Shown: positions 37,487-47,750 of the stretch, piece by piece
How positions within the stretch are numbered: position 1 is the stretch's first letter
How the letters are laid out: the number at the start of each line of letters is the position of its first letter
Origin: an uncultured Bacteroidota bacterium
Lineage (GTDB): Bacteria > Bacteroidota > Bacteroidia > NS11-12g > UBA9320
Direction: 5' to 3'
DNA length: 64,000 bases
NCBI GenBank assembly: GCA_913054375.1
Contig: CAJXIQ010000001.1
Location: forward strand, 1,200-65,199
Program-made: the position numbers and the translations under genes
The notes under the pieces: model-generated
Told to the model about the DNA's origin: nothing
The model's database searches: none
What the model saw: the letters and a program-made list of their open reading frames with translations, nothing else

Positions 37487-38314
37487 ATGGATAATACACA
37501 AGAAAGAAAAAAAATTCTATTTATCTCCTCAGAGATGAGACCGTTTTTAGATGGGGATACTCCATTGGCAGAAATCGCACGATATTTACCACAAAAAATT
37601 CAGGAAAAGGATAATGAAGTTCGCATACTCGTTCCTCGTTTCGGAGTGATCAATGAACGCAGAAACAGACTTCATGAGGTGGTTCGCTTATCGGGCATGA
37701 ACATTACGATAGATGACAACGACAATCCACTTACTATCAAGGTAGCATCCATTCCTAACACGAAAATGCAGGTGTATTTTTTAGATAACGAAGACTTCTT
37801 CCACCGTAAGTTTGTATACAACGATGAGAACGAAGATTTCTTTGAAGATAACGATGAGAGAACGATTTTCTTTTGCAAAGGTGCGCTAGAGACAGTAAAA
37901 AAATTGGGCTGGTACCCAGATATCATTCACTGCCAGGGTTGGATGACAAGTCTTATTCCGCTATACCTAAAAACATTGTATAAAGACGAACCCGTATTTT
38001 CGAATGCGAAAGTTATTTATTCGGTTTATGAAAATGACTTCAAAGAAGATTTAGGTGCAGACTTTATGCGTAAAGCGAGCCTAAACTATATTGAGGACGA
38101 AGAACTTCAGCCATTTTCAAAAGCAGATTGCACAAGTATGCACATGGGAGGGGTTGCGCATGCAGATGCTATTGTTAAGTGCAACGACATCTCAGATGAG
38201 GTAAATCAAAAGATTGACTCTACAAGCAAACCGGTACTTAACCATACGGAAGACAAAATCGCAGACAACTATTTGAATTTTTATAATTCGCTGTTGGCTG
38301 GTAAAGTTGAATAA
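37487..38314 (+). CDS. Glycogen/starch synthase-like protein, N-terminal GT5 domain only
   Basis: Start MDNTQ at 37487; ILFISSEMRPF, PRFGVINERRNRLHEVVRLSG, DNDERTIFF and PDIIHC; only about 275 aa, lacking KxGGL and the second Rossmann domain. Confidence 0.82.
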   Translation: MDNTQERKKILFISSEMRPFLDGDTPLAEIARYLPQKIQEKDNEVRILVPRFGVINERRNRLHEVVRLSGMNITIDDNDNPLTIKVASIPNTKMQVYFLDNEDFFHRKFVYNDENEDFFEDNDERTIFFCKGALETVKKLGWYPDIIHCQGWMTSLIPLYLKTLYKDEPVFSNAKVIYSVYENDFKEDLGADFMRKASLNYIEDEELQPFSKADCTSMHMGGVAHADAIVKCNDISDEVNQKIDSTSKPVLNHTEDKIADNYLNFYNSLLAGKVE

Positions 38315-38320
38315 AAAGAA

Positions 38321-39664
38321 GTGAACAATACAGTAATAAATAAAAGAAGTAAGGGGTTGTTGCCCCTTTTCTTTTTGCTCGCTTTTGGGGCATGTAAAAA
38401 AGAGTCCACAGATATTGGCCTTGATTTAGTTGGAAAAGATGTGTTAGAAAAGGCAGAAAAAAGCATATTTACGCAAGCTATATGCCGCACTGTTGCAGAT
38501 GATACCACGCGCACAGACATACTTTCTTCGGGCCTTTTCGGCATTGTAAATGACCCCATTTTAGGTGAAAGTAAGGCCAGTCTTATTATTAACCCAAGAG
38601 TTACAGAAACAGGCTCTGGTTCTGTAGGTAAAGTTGCAGACTCCACTAAGCTTATACTAAAATTTGACATTGATCAAGTAGTAGGGGGAAGCCCATATAG
38701 ATTGCTACTAGGCGAGGCAGATGCAGCAATTACGTTTGATATTTACAAAATGGGAGAAGGTATTCCAGACACCGTTGAGAATACATACAGACCTATATTA
38801 GGGGATAAAATTGGTGAGTATTCTGGCAGTTTTGATTTTAGCAACAAAGAACGAATCATTGAAGAAGATACATTCACTGTAACACCCGAATTGATTGTGA
38901 CGTTGGACAATCAACTTGGAATTGACATTTTAGGACTTGCAAAGATTGATAATGAAGAATTGGAAACGGTTCTTAAAGGGATCGCACTGGTACCAAGAGA
39001 AGTGGTTTCGGGTGCGGGGCTTATAACCGCGTTTGAAACTAAAACATCGTCCTCGAGGGTAGTGATTTTTCATGACTCCACAGAGCTGTCAATACCGTTA
39101 GGGGTTAATTCTAAAAGAGCAAATTATTTTGAAACTACACCCAGTGCTGCAGTAAATGAACAACTTACGGGATCTGGGCATTTCAACACTACGTACGTGC
39201 AAAGCTTGAGCGGTACAAAAGTGAAAGTAGAGTTTCCTGAATTAAATGATTTCATTAAACGAGACGATCGTATAGTCATCAATGAGGCACACATTTCATT
39301 TTTATTAGAAGACGGTTCTGTTACAGAAGAGACTTTTAATGAACCACCAAGACTATTGTTATACGCGGTAGATTCTGTATCTGAGCAGACCGCATATTTC
39401 GAGGATTTGTTAGACTTTCAATTGGGTCAAACCTTAAATTACGGTGGGACATATTTATCCTCTTCTAAGAGTTATGACTTCCGGTTTAATAGATTTCTAC
39501 AAAGATTGGTAGATGATTATCGGCTTAAAGGGGTCGATAATTTTAAGGGTTTCTACTTAAGAGTGCCGACAGATTCTCCAATTGTGCCACACCGTGCCGT
39601 GCTCAACACAGATACAACGCAGCGGGCGATCAAACTTTCTGTAACATACACAAAACTCAATTAG
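38321..39664 (+). CDS. DUF4270-family surface lipoprotein (probable BamH-type accessory of the Bacteroidota BAM complex)
   Basis: Lipobox FGA-C-KKE; GIVNDPILG, YVQSLSG, INEA and terminal KLSVTYT; conserved panC / GT5-like / DUF4270 context. The BAM link is from recalled literature and was not verified here. Confidence 0.72.
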   Translation: MNNTVINKRSKGLLPLFFLLAFGACKKESTDIGLDLVGKDVLEKAEKSIFTQAICRTVADDTTRTDILSSGLFGIVNDPILGESKASLIINPRVTETGSGSVGKVADSTKLILKFDIDQVVGGSPYRLLLGEADAAITFDIYKMGEGIPDTVENTYRPILGDKIGEYSGSFDFSNKERIIEEDTFTVTPELIVTLDNQLGIDILGLAKIDNEELETVLKGIALVPREVVSGAGLITAFETKTSSSRVVIFHDSTELSIPLGVNSKRANYFETTPSAAVNEQLTGSGHFNTTYVQSLSGTKVKVEFPELNDFIKRDDRIVINEAHISFLLEDGSVTEETFNEPPRLLLYAVDSVSEQTAYFEDLLDFQLGQTLNYGGTYLSSSKSYDFRFNRFLQRLVDDYRLKGVDNFKGFYLRVPTDSPIVPHRAVLNTDTTQRAIKLSVTYTKLN

Positions 39665-39689
39665 CATCAATCTGTTTTAAGCAATACCA

Positions 39690-40535
39690 ATGTCAGACCT
39701 TAAATTAGTCGGAAAACAACACCACGCCCACAAATCGGTGATAAAAGTGGGTAATGAGCTAGTAGGAGCCAAGGAGCTCTGTCTCATAGCGGGTCCTTGT
39801 GCAGTAGAGTCAGAAGAGCAACTGAATGAAATAGCCAAAGGCGTATCAGATTTGGGGGTTAAATTTATGAGAGGTGGTGCATATAAACCACGCACATCCC
39901 CATATGCTTTTCAAGGATTACAAAAAGAAGGGCTTAAGCTTTTAAAAAATGCATCAGACAAGTACGGGGTTAAAATAGTGACTGAAGTACTGGACACCAC
40001 GCTTATTGAAGAAGTATATCCCTACGCAGACGTTCTTCAGGTAGGATCAAGAAATGCAAAAAACTATTCTTTCTTAAAAGAACTTGGAAAGGTAGACAAG
40101 CCAATCCTACTGAAAAGGGGAATGAGTAGCACCATAAACGAGTGGTTATTGGCAGCAGAGTATATCTTAATGGGAGGCAATGAAAATGTGATTTTGTGCG
40201 AAAGAGGTATCAGAACATTTGATACTTCCGTGAGGAACACCATGGATATAGCGGCTATCCCATTAGTAAAAGAATTAAGCCACCTACCCATCATAGCAGA
40301 CCCAAGCCAAGGAACAGGGCAAAGAAGCCTCGTGACCCCCTTGTCTCTTGCGTCAATAGCTGCTGGAGCAGACGGCTTGATGATAGAGGTGCACAATGAA
40401 CCAGAAGAAGCTCTTTCAGACGGATTCCAATCTATGTACTTAAATACTATGGGTGATATGATAAAGGTGTTAAGAGCACAAGCAGAACATTCTAGCAGAA
40501 CCCTAAACCTGACCAAAGAGCCCCAAACAGTATGA
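39690..40535 (+). CDS. aroF: DAHP synthase class I-beta without regulatory domain
   Basis: IAGPCAVES, RGGAYKPRTSPYAFQG, LLKRG, LCERGIRTF, ADPS and ALSDG. Confidence 0.9.
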   Translation: MSDLKLVGKQHHAHKSVIKVGNELVGAKELCLIAGPCAVESEEQLNEIAKGVSDLGVKFMRGGAYKPRTSPYAFQGLQKEGLKLLKNASDKYGVKIVTEVLDTTLIEEVYPYADVLQVGSRNAKNYSFLKELGKVDKPILLKRGMSSTINEWLLAAEYILMGGNENVILCERGIRTFDTSVRNTMDIAAIPLVKELSHLPIIADPSQGTGQRSLVTPLSLASIAAGADGLMIEVHNEPEEALSDGFQSMYLNTMGDMIKVLRAQAEHSSRTLNLTKEPQTV

Positions 40536-41515
40536 ATATAGCTATAATTGGAGCTACGGGAATGGTAGGCCGCACCATGCTTCAAGTATTAGAGGAGCGC
40601 GGTATAGAAATAGAAAATCTTTATCCGGTAGCAAGCAAGACTTCTTTAGGAACGAAAGTGGCTTATAGAGGCACTCTTTATGATGTATGCTTACTAGAAG
40701 ATGCTGTAGAAAAAGACGTGGACTATGCACTTTTTTCTGCAGGAGGATCTGTATCAGTGGAGTGGGCCCCAAAATTTGCCGCAAAGGGAATTGTGGTTAT
40801 TGATAATTCCTCAGCTTGGCGAATGGACGACAACTGTCCGCTTGTTGTACCACAGATAAACCTAGACAGTATAGGGCCAGATAATAAGATCATTGCCAAC
40901 CCAAACTGCAGTACGATACAGTTGGTCATGGCATTGGCTCCATTGCACAAAGCGTTTGGGATTAAGCGGTTAGTTGTATCTACCTACCAGAGCATTACCG
41001 GAACGGGAAAAGCGGCAGTAGAACAGATGGAGCAAGAGCGAAGAAACGGGGAGTCACACGAGATGGTCTACGCATATCCGATAGATAAAAATTGCATACC
41101 CCATTGTGATGAATTTTTAGACAATGGATATACAAAAGAGGAAATGAAACTGGTACACGAAACCAGAAAAATACTTGGCGTACCCGATCTTCCTGTTACA
41201 GCTACGGCAGTTCGAATACCCGTAGTTGGTGGCCATTCTGAATCGATTAACGTTGCATTTGAAAACGAATTTAACATGGCCGATATTACGTCACTACTGC
41301 AAAGGACCGAGGGAGTAGATGTAGAAGATGATATAGCCAACAACCTATATCCTATGCCGATAAATGCTCAGGGAAAAGACACCGTAATGGTGGGTAGAAT
41401 AAGAAGAGACGAGTCCCAACCAAATACACTAAATATGTGGGTAGTAGCAGACAACTTACGCAAAGGTGCAGCTACAAACGCAGTTGAGATACTAGAACAA
41501 TTAACAAAAAAATAA
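40532..41515 (+). CDS. asd: Aspartate-semialdehyde dehydrogenase
   Basis: GATGMVG, IDNSSAWRM, ANPNCSTIQ and DNLRKGAATNA. Confidence 0.97.
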   Translation: MNIAIIGATGMVGRTMLQVLEERGIEIENLYPVASKTSLGTKVAYRGTLYDVCLLEDAVEKDVDYALFSAGGSVSVEWAPKFAAKGIVVIDNSSAWRMDDNCPLVVPQINLDSIGPDNKIIANPNCSTIQLVMALAPLHKAFGIKRLVVSTYQSITGTGKAAVEQMEQERRNGESHEMVYAYPIDKNCIPHCDEFLDNGYTKEEMKLVHETRKILGVPDLPVTATAVRIPVVGGHSESINVAFENEFNMADITSLLQRTEGVDVEDDIANNLYPMPINAQGKDTVMVGRIRRDESQPNTLNMWVVADNLRKGAATNAVEILEQLTKK

Positions 41516-41516
41516 G

Positions 41517-42608
41517 ATGCCAGCAGGATTTTACGCTATACCCGTTTCTAACGTTACAAGAGAAACCAATGATGCAGTAAGCATCACTTTTGACGTCCCA
41601 TCACTTATGACGTCTCAGTACCACTATAAAGCGGGTCAATACCTTACCTTTAGCATAGTGATAAATGGGGAAGAGGTACGCAGATCATATTCTATGTGCA
41701 GTAGCCCAATTTCTGGTGAGCAGATAACTATTGCAGTAAAAGAGGTAGAGAATGGACGAATGAGCACATACTTGAATAGGAATGTGAAAGAAGGAGATAT
41801 GCTAGACGTAATGCCTCCCATGGGTAAGTTCATACTAGAACCCAATGCAACTGCTGCAAACCATTACTTTCTTTTTGGGGGAGGAAGCGGTATTACTCCA
41901 TTGTTTAGTATAATCAAAACCGCTCTGAAAGCAGAGCCAAACAGCAAATGCTACTTGGTGTATGCCAATAGAGACGAGGACAGTATCATATTCAAAGACG
42001 AACTTGAGGCTCTCGAGGCTGCTCACGAAAACTTAACGGTAATACATAGCCTAGACAACCCCAAAGGTGCTTGGATGGGCCATAGAGGCTATTTGACAAA
42101 AGAAACGGTGTCTGAGATCGTAAGACAAGAATTGGGGCTTAATTATCCGGTTGCACAGTACTATACATGCGGACCTGGACCAATGATGGATGTAGTAGTA
42201 GAAGGCTTGAAAACTATAGGAGTGCGAGATGAAAATGTACATACAGAATATTTTACAGCTGTTGTCAAAAAAGATTCTGTAGAAGAAAGTAGTAGTGGAT
42301 CTACAGAGGCATTAAACTATAGCGATGAGGTTGTAGAACGTACGATACAAGTAGAAGTATTTGGAGAGAAAAAAGAAATAACGGTAAAACCAGAACAAAC
42401 CATACTGATAGCCACACAAGATGCTGGACTAGATCCTCCATACAGTTGCTGTGTAGGAGTTTGTACAACGTGTAGAGCAAAGCTGAGAAGCGGTAAAGCT
42501 TCTATGGAAGAAAGAGAAGGCCTTAGCGATACTGAAATTGACGAAGGATATATACTCACCTGCCAAGCTCATCCACTTAGCGATGATGTAGAATTAGTTT
42601 TTGAATAA
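41517..42608 (+). CDS. Ferredoxin-NAD(P) reductase with C-terminal 2Fe-2S domain (PaaE-like)
   Basis: RRSYSM, GGSGITP, CGPGPMM and PYSCCVGVCTTC...LTCQ. Confidence 0.88.
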   Translation: MPAGFYAIPVSNVTRETNDAVSITFDVPSLMTSQYHYKAGQYLTFSIVINGEEVRRSYSMCSSPISGEQITIAVKEVENGRMSTYLNRNVKEGDMLDVMPPMGKFILEPNATAANHYFLFGGGSGITPLFSIIKTALKAEPNSKCYLVYANRDEDSIIFKDELEALEAAHENLTVIHSLDNPKGAWMGHRGYLTKETVSEIVRQELGLNYPVAQYYTCGPGPMMDVVVEGLKTIGVRDENVHTEYFTAVVKKDSVEESSSGSTEALNYSDEVVERTIQVEVFGEKKEITVKPEQTILIATQDAGLDPPYSCCVGVCTTCRAKLRSGKASMEEREGLSDTEIDEGYILTCQAHPLSDDVELVFE

Positions 42609-42611
42609 AGG

Positions 42612-43067
42612 CTAAGCCGTAATTTTTACTTGAAAACCAGCTTCGATTTTCTTTATTGTCATACCCTCATCATAGTATATTCCCATATCGTGCTTTGGTA
42701 TTTTGTAGTCATCATATCCGGCTTGTGCCATAAATAAACGCAAGTCTTTCTCCGTCTCAAAAGTCTCATTCTGATGCGATCGATTGCTCGCTTTTTCGAC
42801 AACATTTTCAACAGATTTATAGTTCTCTAGCATAAGTTTAATCTTTTCTAGATAAGCATCATCTAAGTCTATAGGTACAGCAATAGTGATCACCTTTTTC
42901 TTGTTCTTAGTCATCCAAAACTGAGAACGACAAGAACTACTACAAAACTTAGCTGTTTTTCTGTTGGCTAGAAATGCTTGTTCACAGTTTTGGCATTTTA
43001 ATTCTGAAGTTTTATGGTTTTGCTGAAAACTTTTCGTGGTACGGTAAAGGGACATTTGATGTTGCAT
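42612..43067 (-). CDS. Hypothetical protein with C4 zinc-finger-like motif
   Basis: CQNC-x13-CSSSC; own TACTTTTG box 4 nt before ATG. Confidence 0.65.
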   Translation of the reverse strand: MQHQMSLYRTTKSFQQNHKTSELKCQNCEQAFLANRKTAKFCSSSCRSQFWMTKNKKKVITIAVPIDLDDAYLEKIKLMLENYKSVENVVEKASNRSHQNETFETEKDLRLFMAQAGYDDYKIPKHDMGIYYDEGMTIKKIEAGFQVKITA

Positions 43068-43151
43068 GGGTCAAAAGTAGAGCAGCATGCCTTAACGTTT
43101 ATTAACGCTAACACAGCGGAGACCAAAAATATGCACATAAAAAAGGACGGT

Positions 43152-43370
43152 TTACAGGTCCCAAACAGAGTGGCTACTCCTCATTAGGTAGTGTTTGATG
43201 TTGAGCCAAAACGCTATTACAAAGTAGATTATGACTGGACTTCCGAAAGTAAAAAAGGAAACATAAATAAAATATAGACGAATAGTACTGGACCTTATTC
43301 CGAACTTATCGCCCAAATATGAGCAGACCCCAAACGCATAATTTTCTATATTTTTTCTAATAGTATCCAT
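43152..43370 (-). CDS. PspC-domain membrane protein
   Basis: FGVCSYLGDKFGI..IRLYFIY..GSPVIIY. Confidence 0.85.
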   Translation of the reverse strand: MDTIRKNIENYAFGVCSYLGDKFGIRSSTIRLYFIYVSFFTFGSPVIIYFVIAFWLNIKHYLMRSSHSVWDL

Positions 43371-43372
43371 TT

Positions 43373-44650
43373 CTAGCTGAGCAATAGTTTCTTCCCTAAA
43401 CTACATTCTAGACAACGCTGAGGGGTACAATATGTTTTGTATAAATGTAGCAACGCTTGCGAAGTTAAAGCATTTTTACTATTCAAACCTTCATTTGCCC
43501 ATCTAGATATGATGCTGTTTTTTTCTGAAGGGATAGAATTTAGGTAATGGATAGCCCGGTCTGTAGCCATATCTATTCTCTCTTTTTCGTAAAAGAATAC
43601 AAAGGGCACTATGGCGTTTAGAAACAAGTGATTTACAACACCCGAAGAAATGGACTTACTTTTACTAGCAGAACTTTTATTAAAGGTATAGTGAGTGTCC
43701 CAATATTCTGACAGTGTAAAGTGTAACATCTCTTTTACTGACTGTACGGGAGGTAATTGGAGTACGTGAGCAATAAACTGGGGCACATGATGAAAGAATG
43801 CGGCGAGCTGTGCCAGTTTTACAGTAGGCAGATTTAGGGGTCTCATTCTGCCAGTTTTTAGTTTAGTTGTGACACTTGATAATCCGTATTTTCTTTTTAA
43901 GAATCGCCATTCATTTTTCAACGCTGTATGGTAGTTGTCTTCTTTAGACTGTTCCAATAAACCGGATATGCCGAAGAAAAGCGCCTCTAACTGAAAGAGA
44001 GAGGAATGATGCTTCTGTACTAAGTCGTATGTAATTTCTTGGGCAATTTCCTCAAAAGCTTGCGTATTGGTCGGCATACCAAAACTACGTACGATCGCTG
44101 TAAAAAAGGCTTGATTCCAATTGCCATTAGATGAAGCTAAATAGGTATGAAATAATGTACATCGTGCTTCTAGTCGCTCTACGATCATTCTGTCTATCCA
44201 CATGTTGATATCGAGAGGGCTAAGCGTAGGCAGTTGCCGTTCACACGGGATAAATGCTTTATTGGCCATTAGATTACGATATTTATGCAAGGCAGATTGG
44301 TTGATAAATGTGCCAATCGCTATGGTGGGAATTTTGGTGCCGTCCTTTCTATAGGAATCCTTACTTACTGAGTAGCAAACATGCAGTACCACGGTGTTAA
44401 AAGCGTGGTCCTCATGATGACCGTGTTGCTCCCATTCACGACTATCTACGTGAATTTCTACAGCGCCATAATGTGTGGTGTTCGCTATTCGAATTTCTGC
44501 CCGTTCAAAATCGGGTCCGTTGCTCCTATTGAGGTAGCCTTGTTTTATTATTTGTATGACAGATCCATCCGTGGTTATTAGGGAGGTTGCATTGTACAAC
44601 TGATACTCCCATATAAACTGGAGAAGATCTTCATTGTACCCAAAACTCAT
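43373..44650 (-). CDS. DUF2851-family protein
   Basis: EDLLQFIW, NxxxGPDF, GAVEIH, WEQHGH, VVLHV, RPLNLP and terminal YC..RCLEC. Confidence 0.85.
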   Translation of the reverse strand: MSFGYNEDLLQFIWEYQLYNATSLITTDGSVIQIIKQGYLNRSNGPDFERAEIRIANTTHYGAVEIHVDSREWEQHGHHEDHAFNTVVLHVCYSVSKDSYRKDGTKIPTIAIGTFINQSALHKYRNLMANKAFIPCERQLPTLSPLDINMWIDRMIVERLEARCTLFHTYLASSNGNWNQAFFTAIVRSFGMPTNTQAFEEIAQEITYDLVQKHHSSLFQLEALFFGISGLLEQSKEDNYHTALKNEWRFLKRKYGLSSVTTKLKTGRMRPLNLPTVKLAQLAAFFHHVPQFIAHVLQLPPVQSVKEMLHFTLSEYWDTHYTFNKSSASKSKSISSGVVNHLFLNAIVPFVFFYEKERIDMATDRAIHYLNSIPSEKNSIISRWANEGLNSKNALTSQALLHLYKTYCTPQRCLECSLGKKLLLS

Positions 44651-45456
44651 AAATGTGCAGTGTGTGGCGCCGTCTCTAGCGCTAGCTCTTTAGTTTTAGC
44701 TCTTGCTGCTTCTGCAAAATTCTTCCCACTACTTGCGTATATTATACCGCGCGATGAGTTTATAAGTAAGCCTCCATTTTTAGTTTTCCCGTTTTCACAA
44801 ACCTCTACAGCACTTCCTCCCTGAGCACCCACCCCCGGTATCAGCAAGAAGTGATTTGGGACAATTTTACGTATCTCTTTTAGTGCTTCGGCTTTTGTTG
44901 CACCTACCACAAACATTAGGTTATCCATAGAACCCCAACGGCTTACGCGTTCCAATACCGTTTTATACAGAGGGGGGTCGTAGCGAGTATTGGTTTGAAA
45001 GTCTAGACTTCCTTTGTTTGAGGTAAGTCCAAGCACAATTGTGATTTTATTGTCAAATTTCAGAAAGGGCTCTACGCTGTCTAGCCCCATGTATGGGGCT
45101 ACGGTGATCGCATCAAAGTCCATTGTTTCAAAGAATGCTTTAGCGTACATCGTGCTGGTATTTCCTATATCTCCGCGCTTAGCGTCGGCTATACTAAGTA
45201 CATTGCTTGGTAGCATCTCTCTTGTTTTCTCGAGCACTCGCCACCCGTCGCTGCCCAGCTGCTCGTAGAAAGCAGTATTTAACTTGTAGGATACAGCGTA
45301 TTCTTGAGTTGCTTCAATAATCGCTTTGTTGAAATCAAGAATTCCTTGTGCATTTTTCGAAATACCGTCAGGAAGTTTCGTAATATCCGTATCTAAACCA
45401 ACGCACACGTAGCTTTTTTTAGTCTTTATTTCTGAGATTAACTGGGACACATTCAC
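44647..45456 (-). CDS. pyrF: Orotidine-5'-phosphate decarboxylase
   Basis: CVGLD, DAKRGDIGNT, PGVGAQGG and NSSRGI. Confidence 0.95.
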   Translation of the reverse strand: MNVSQLISEIKTKKSYVCVGLDTDITKLPDGISKNAQGILDFNKAIIEATQEYAVSYKLNTAFYEQLGSDGWRVLEKTREMLPSNVLSIADAKRGDIGNTSTMYAKAFFETMDFDAITVAPYMGLDSVEPFLKFDNKITIVLGLTSNKGSLDFQTNTRYDPPLYKTVLERVSRWGSMDNLMFVVGATKAEALKEIRKIVPNHFLLIPGVGAQGGSAVEVCENGKTKNGGLLINSSRGIIYASSGKNFAEAARAKTKELALETAPHTAHL

Positions 45457-45515
45457 TCTTCAAAAAAAAGTAAAATAGTGTGTATTTTAAGAATTATTTA
45501 CATTTACCACCCAAA

Positions 45516-47177
45516 ATGAAGAGGTTTTTAACATTAGCGATTATTACTACCGCATTGCTCAGTTCTGCCACAGCCCAAGATCAGGGTGTGTTTAGTGGAA
45601 ATTTACAGTCAAATTTTAATGTGTTTTTAAAAGATTCATTAATTGGAGCCGTAGAAGGAGCATCTCCTCAATATGGCAAGCAAATCAGTAGCTCGGAGTC
45701 TTGGCTTTTTCTTAATTATGATATTAAAGGGTGGCACTTTGCAGCAAGGTATGATTTATTTAATAACAGCAACCTTCTGAATCCCGCCGATGCCTATTCA
45801 GGTCAAGGACTGGGTTTTTGGCAAATAAAAAAAGAGGTAGGTGATTTAGAAATAACGGCAGGATCATTTTACGATCAGTTTGGTTCAGGAGCGGTTTTTA
45901 GAGCCTTTGAGAACAGGCTTATAGGGATAGATTATGCAATGGAAGGTGTACGTTTGAAATATAAGGTAGCAGATGATTTTGTAATAAAGGCCTTTACGGG
46001 CAAGCAAAAAGGCGGATTGGATAGACGGTTTGAAACGTCTCCACAAATAGTAAAAGGCATAAATGCAGAAAAGGGATATCTATCGGACAAGGGATCCGTA
46101 TTAAACGTAGGGGTTTCTGCCGTAAACCGGACCCTCAATGAAAACGCCTACTCTAAATTGGTAACAGAGATACAGGGCCTAGGTCTGAGCCAGGAAGACG
46201 GCTTCTACCCGAAGTATAATACCTACCTTATGAATGGGTATTTTAACGCCTCAGTTGGGAATTTCGGTTTCAATGGAGAATTGAATTATAAAACGGCGGA
46301 GCCTATAAAGGACAATAGAGATAGCTTGATAAACGGGAGCGGTAATCTTGCTATTCTCGGCGTAAGCTACTCTAAAAGAAAATTAGGTAAAAGTAAAAAA
46401 GGTGGTCTAGGTGTAAATCTACAATACCGTAGGATAGACAATTTTGCTTTCAACGTAGATCCATACTCACAACTTTCGTTACTTCAAGGATTGCTCTCCT
46501 ATCAACCATCACTTAGCCGCCAAGCTAGCTATAGATTGCTAGCACGCTACCAAGCTCCTGCCCAATTTACGGGCGAGCAAGGGGTACAGGCAGAGGTCAT
46601 TTACTCACTCAATAAAAAGACCAATGTTACTGTAAATTTTTCTGACATCACAGATCTCAATGGAGCGCAGCTGTTTAGAGAGCAATTTGTTCAAATAGAG
46701 CACAAAATAAATAAGAAGTGGAAAGGAAAACTTGGTTTGCAAATGGTAAACTATAACCAAGAGGTGTATGAGGTGAAGCCGCTTGGTAAAGCAGATGAGG
46801 TAGAAACATTTACCCCATTTGGAGAAATTACTTACAAAATAAACAGGAAGAACAGTTTGCGTTTTGAGTCACAAATGCTGCTTACTAAGCAAGATCTTGG
46901 AAGCTTCTACCACGGCATTATAGAGTGGAATAATTCGCCAAAGTTCTCAATCGCTATAAGCGATATGATAAACACTAACCCAGTGAGAATAGTAAACGTT
47001 TCTTTAGCAGATCAAGTGTTGCATTATCCAAGTGTATTTGTAAAATACAATATCAAAACAACTTCGTTTACAGCTGCGTACATAAAGCAGGTAGAAGGTG
47101 TTGTTTGTACAGGAGGTGTATGTAGACTAGAACCAGCATTTAGTGGTTTGCGGTTTACATTATCTACGCAGTTTTAA
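45516..47177 (+). CDS. DUF6029-family outer-membrane protein
   Basis: Start MKRFL at 45516; signal peptide then Gln; GSFYDQFGSGAVFRAFENRLIGID; C-terminal CTGGVCRLEPAFSG..F. Confidence 0.75.
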   Translation: MKRFLTLAIITTALLSSATAQDQGVFSGNLQSNFNVFLKDSLIGAVEGASPQYGKQISSSESWLFLNYDIKGWHFAARYDLFNNSNLLNPADAYSGQGLGFWQIKKEVGDLEITAGSFYDQFGSGAVFRAFENRLIGIDYAMEGVRLKYKVADDFVIKAFTGKQKGGLDRRFETSPQIVKGINAEKGYLSDKGSVLNVGVSAVNRTLNENAYSKLVTEIQGLGLSQEDGFYPKYNTYLMNGYFNASVGNFGFNGELNYKTAEPIKDNRDSLINGSGNLAILGVSYSKRKLGKSKKGGLGVNLQYRRIDNFAFNVDPYSQLSLLQGLLSYQPSLSRQASYRLLARYQAPAQFTGEQGVQAEVIYSLNKKTNVTVNFSDITDLNGAQLFREQFVQIEHKINKKWKGKLGLQMVNYNQEVYEVKPLGKADEVETFTPFGEITYKINRKNSLRFESQMLLTKQDLGSFYHGIIEWNNSPKFSIAISDMINTNPVRIVNVSLADQVLHYPSVFVKYNIKTTSFTAAYIKQVEGVVCTGGVCRLEPAFSGLRFTLSTQF

Positions 47178-47182
47178 AACAC

Positions 47183-47716
47183 CTACTGTTTCAGAATAAA
47201 GGCTTGCTCATCGTAGGTACGGGTAAATTGTAAATGCATTGCTTTTGCTTCATTTTTGTCATTTGCAGAAGCAGTTACAACCCTATACAGTCCGTTTACA
47301 GATGCAATAACGGCATCAGTGCCTCTGTCTTTCATCTTGAGAAGCAATCTGTCGGCATTAGATTTAACACCAAAACTACCTATCACTAGCAGGAAGCGGT
47401 TGTTTAGGTTAACGTCGGTAGAGCCAGAGATTACTATGTTTGGATTTTCGCTAGGTATATTTACAGGCAACTCAACTACGGGCGTTTCTTCACTTACAAA
47501 ATCTAGGGTATCCTCTATGTTTTCATAATCTGTGTCATAGTTTATTTCCTCTTCTTCAACTTGGGTTATGGTTGTTTCGGTGTCTACAACCTCCGGAGTT
47601 TCTGTAGGAATAAGTTCGTTTGCTGTTGCAGTATTAATCTCCATCGGTTTGAAAAATACAAACCAAATAAAGCCACTGCATGCCAAACTATATAGAAACC
47701 ACTTCATAAAATTCAT
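47183..47716 (-). CDS. Membrane-anchored SPOR-domain protein
   Basis: N-terminal TM, acidic linker, LVIGSFGVKSNA..LYRV..AFIL; start at 47716, 4 nt after a TACTTTTG box. Confidence 0.82.
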   Translation of the reverse strand: MNFMKWFLYSLACSGFIWFVFFKPMEINTATANELIPTETPEVVDTETTITQVEEEEINYDTDYENIEDTLDFVSEETPVVELPVNIPSENPNIVISGSTDVNLNNRFLLVIGSFGVKSNADRLLLKMKDRGTDAVIASVNGLYRVVTASANDKNEAKAMHLQFTRTYDEQAFILKQ

Positions 47717-47750
47717 GGTACAAAAGTAAATGCATAGTCCCAACAAAAGC

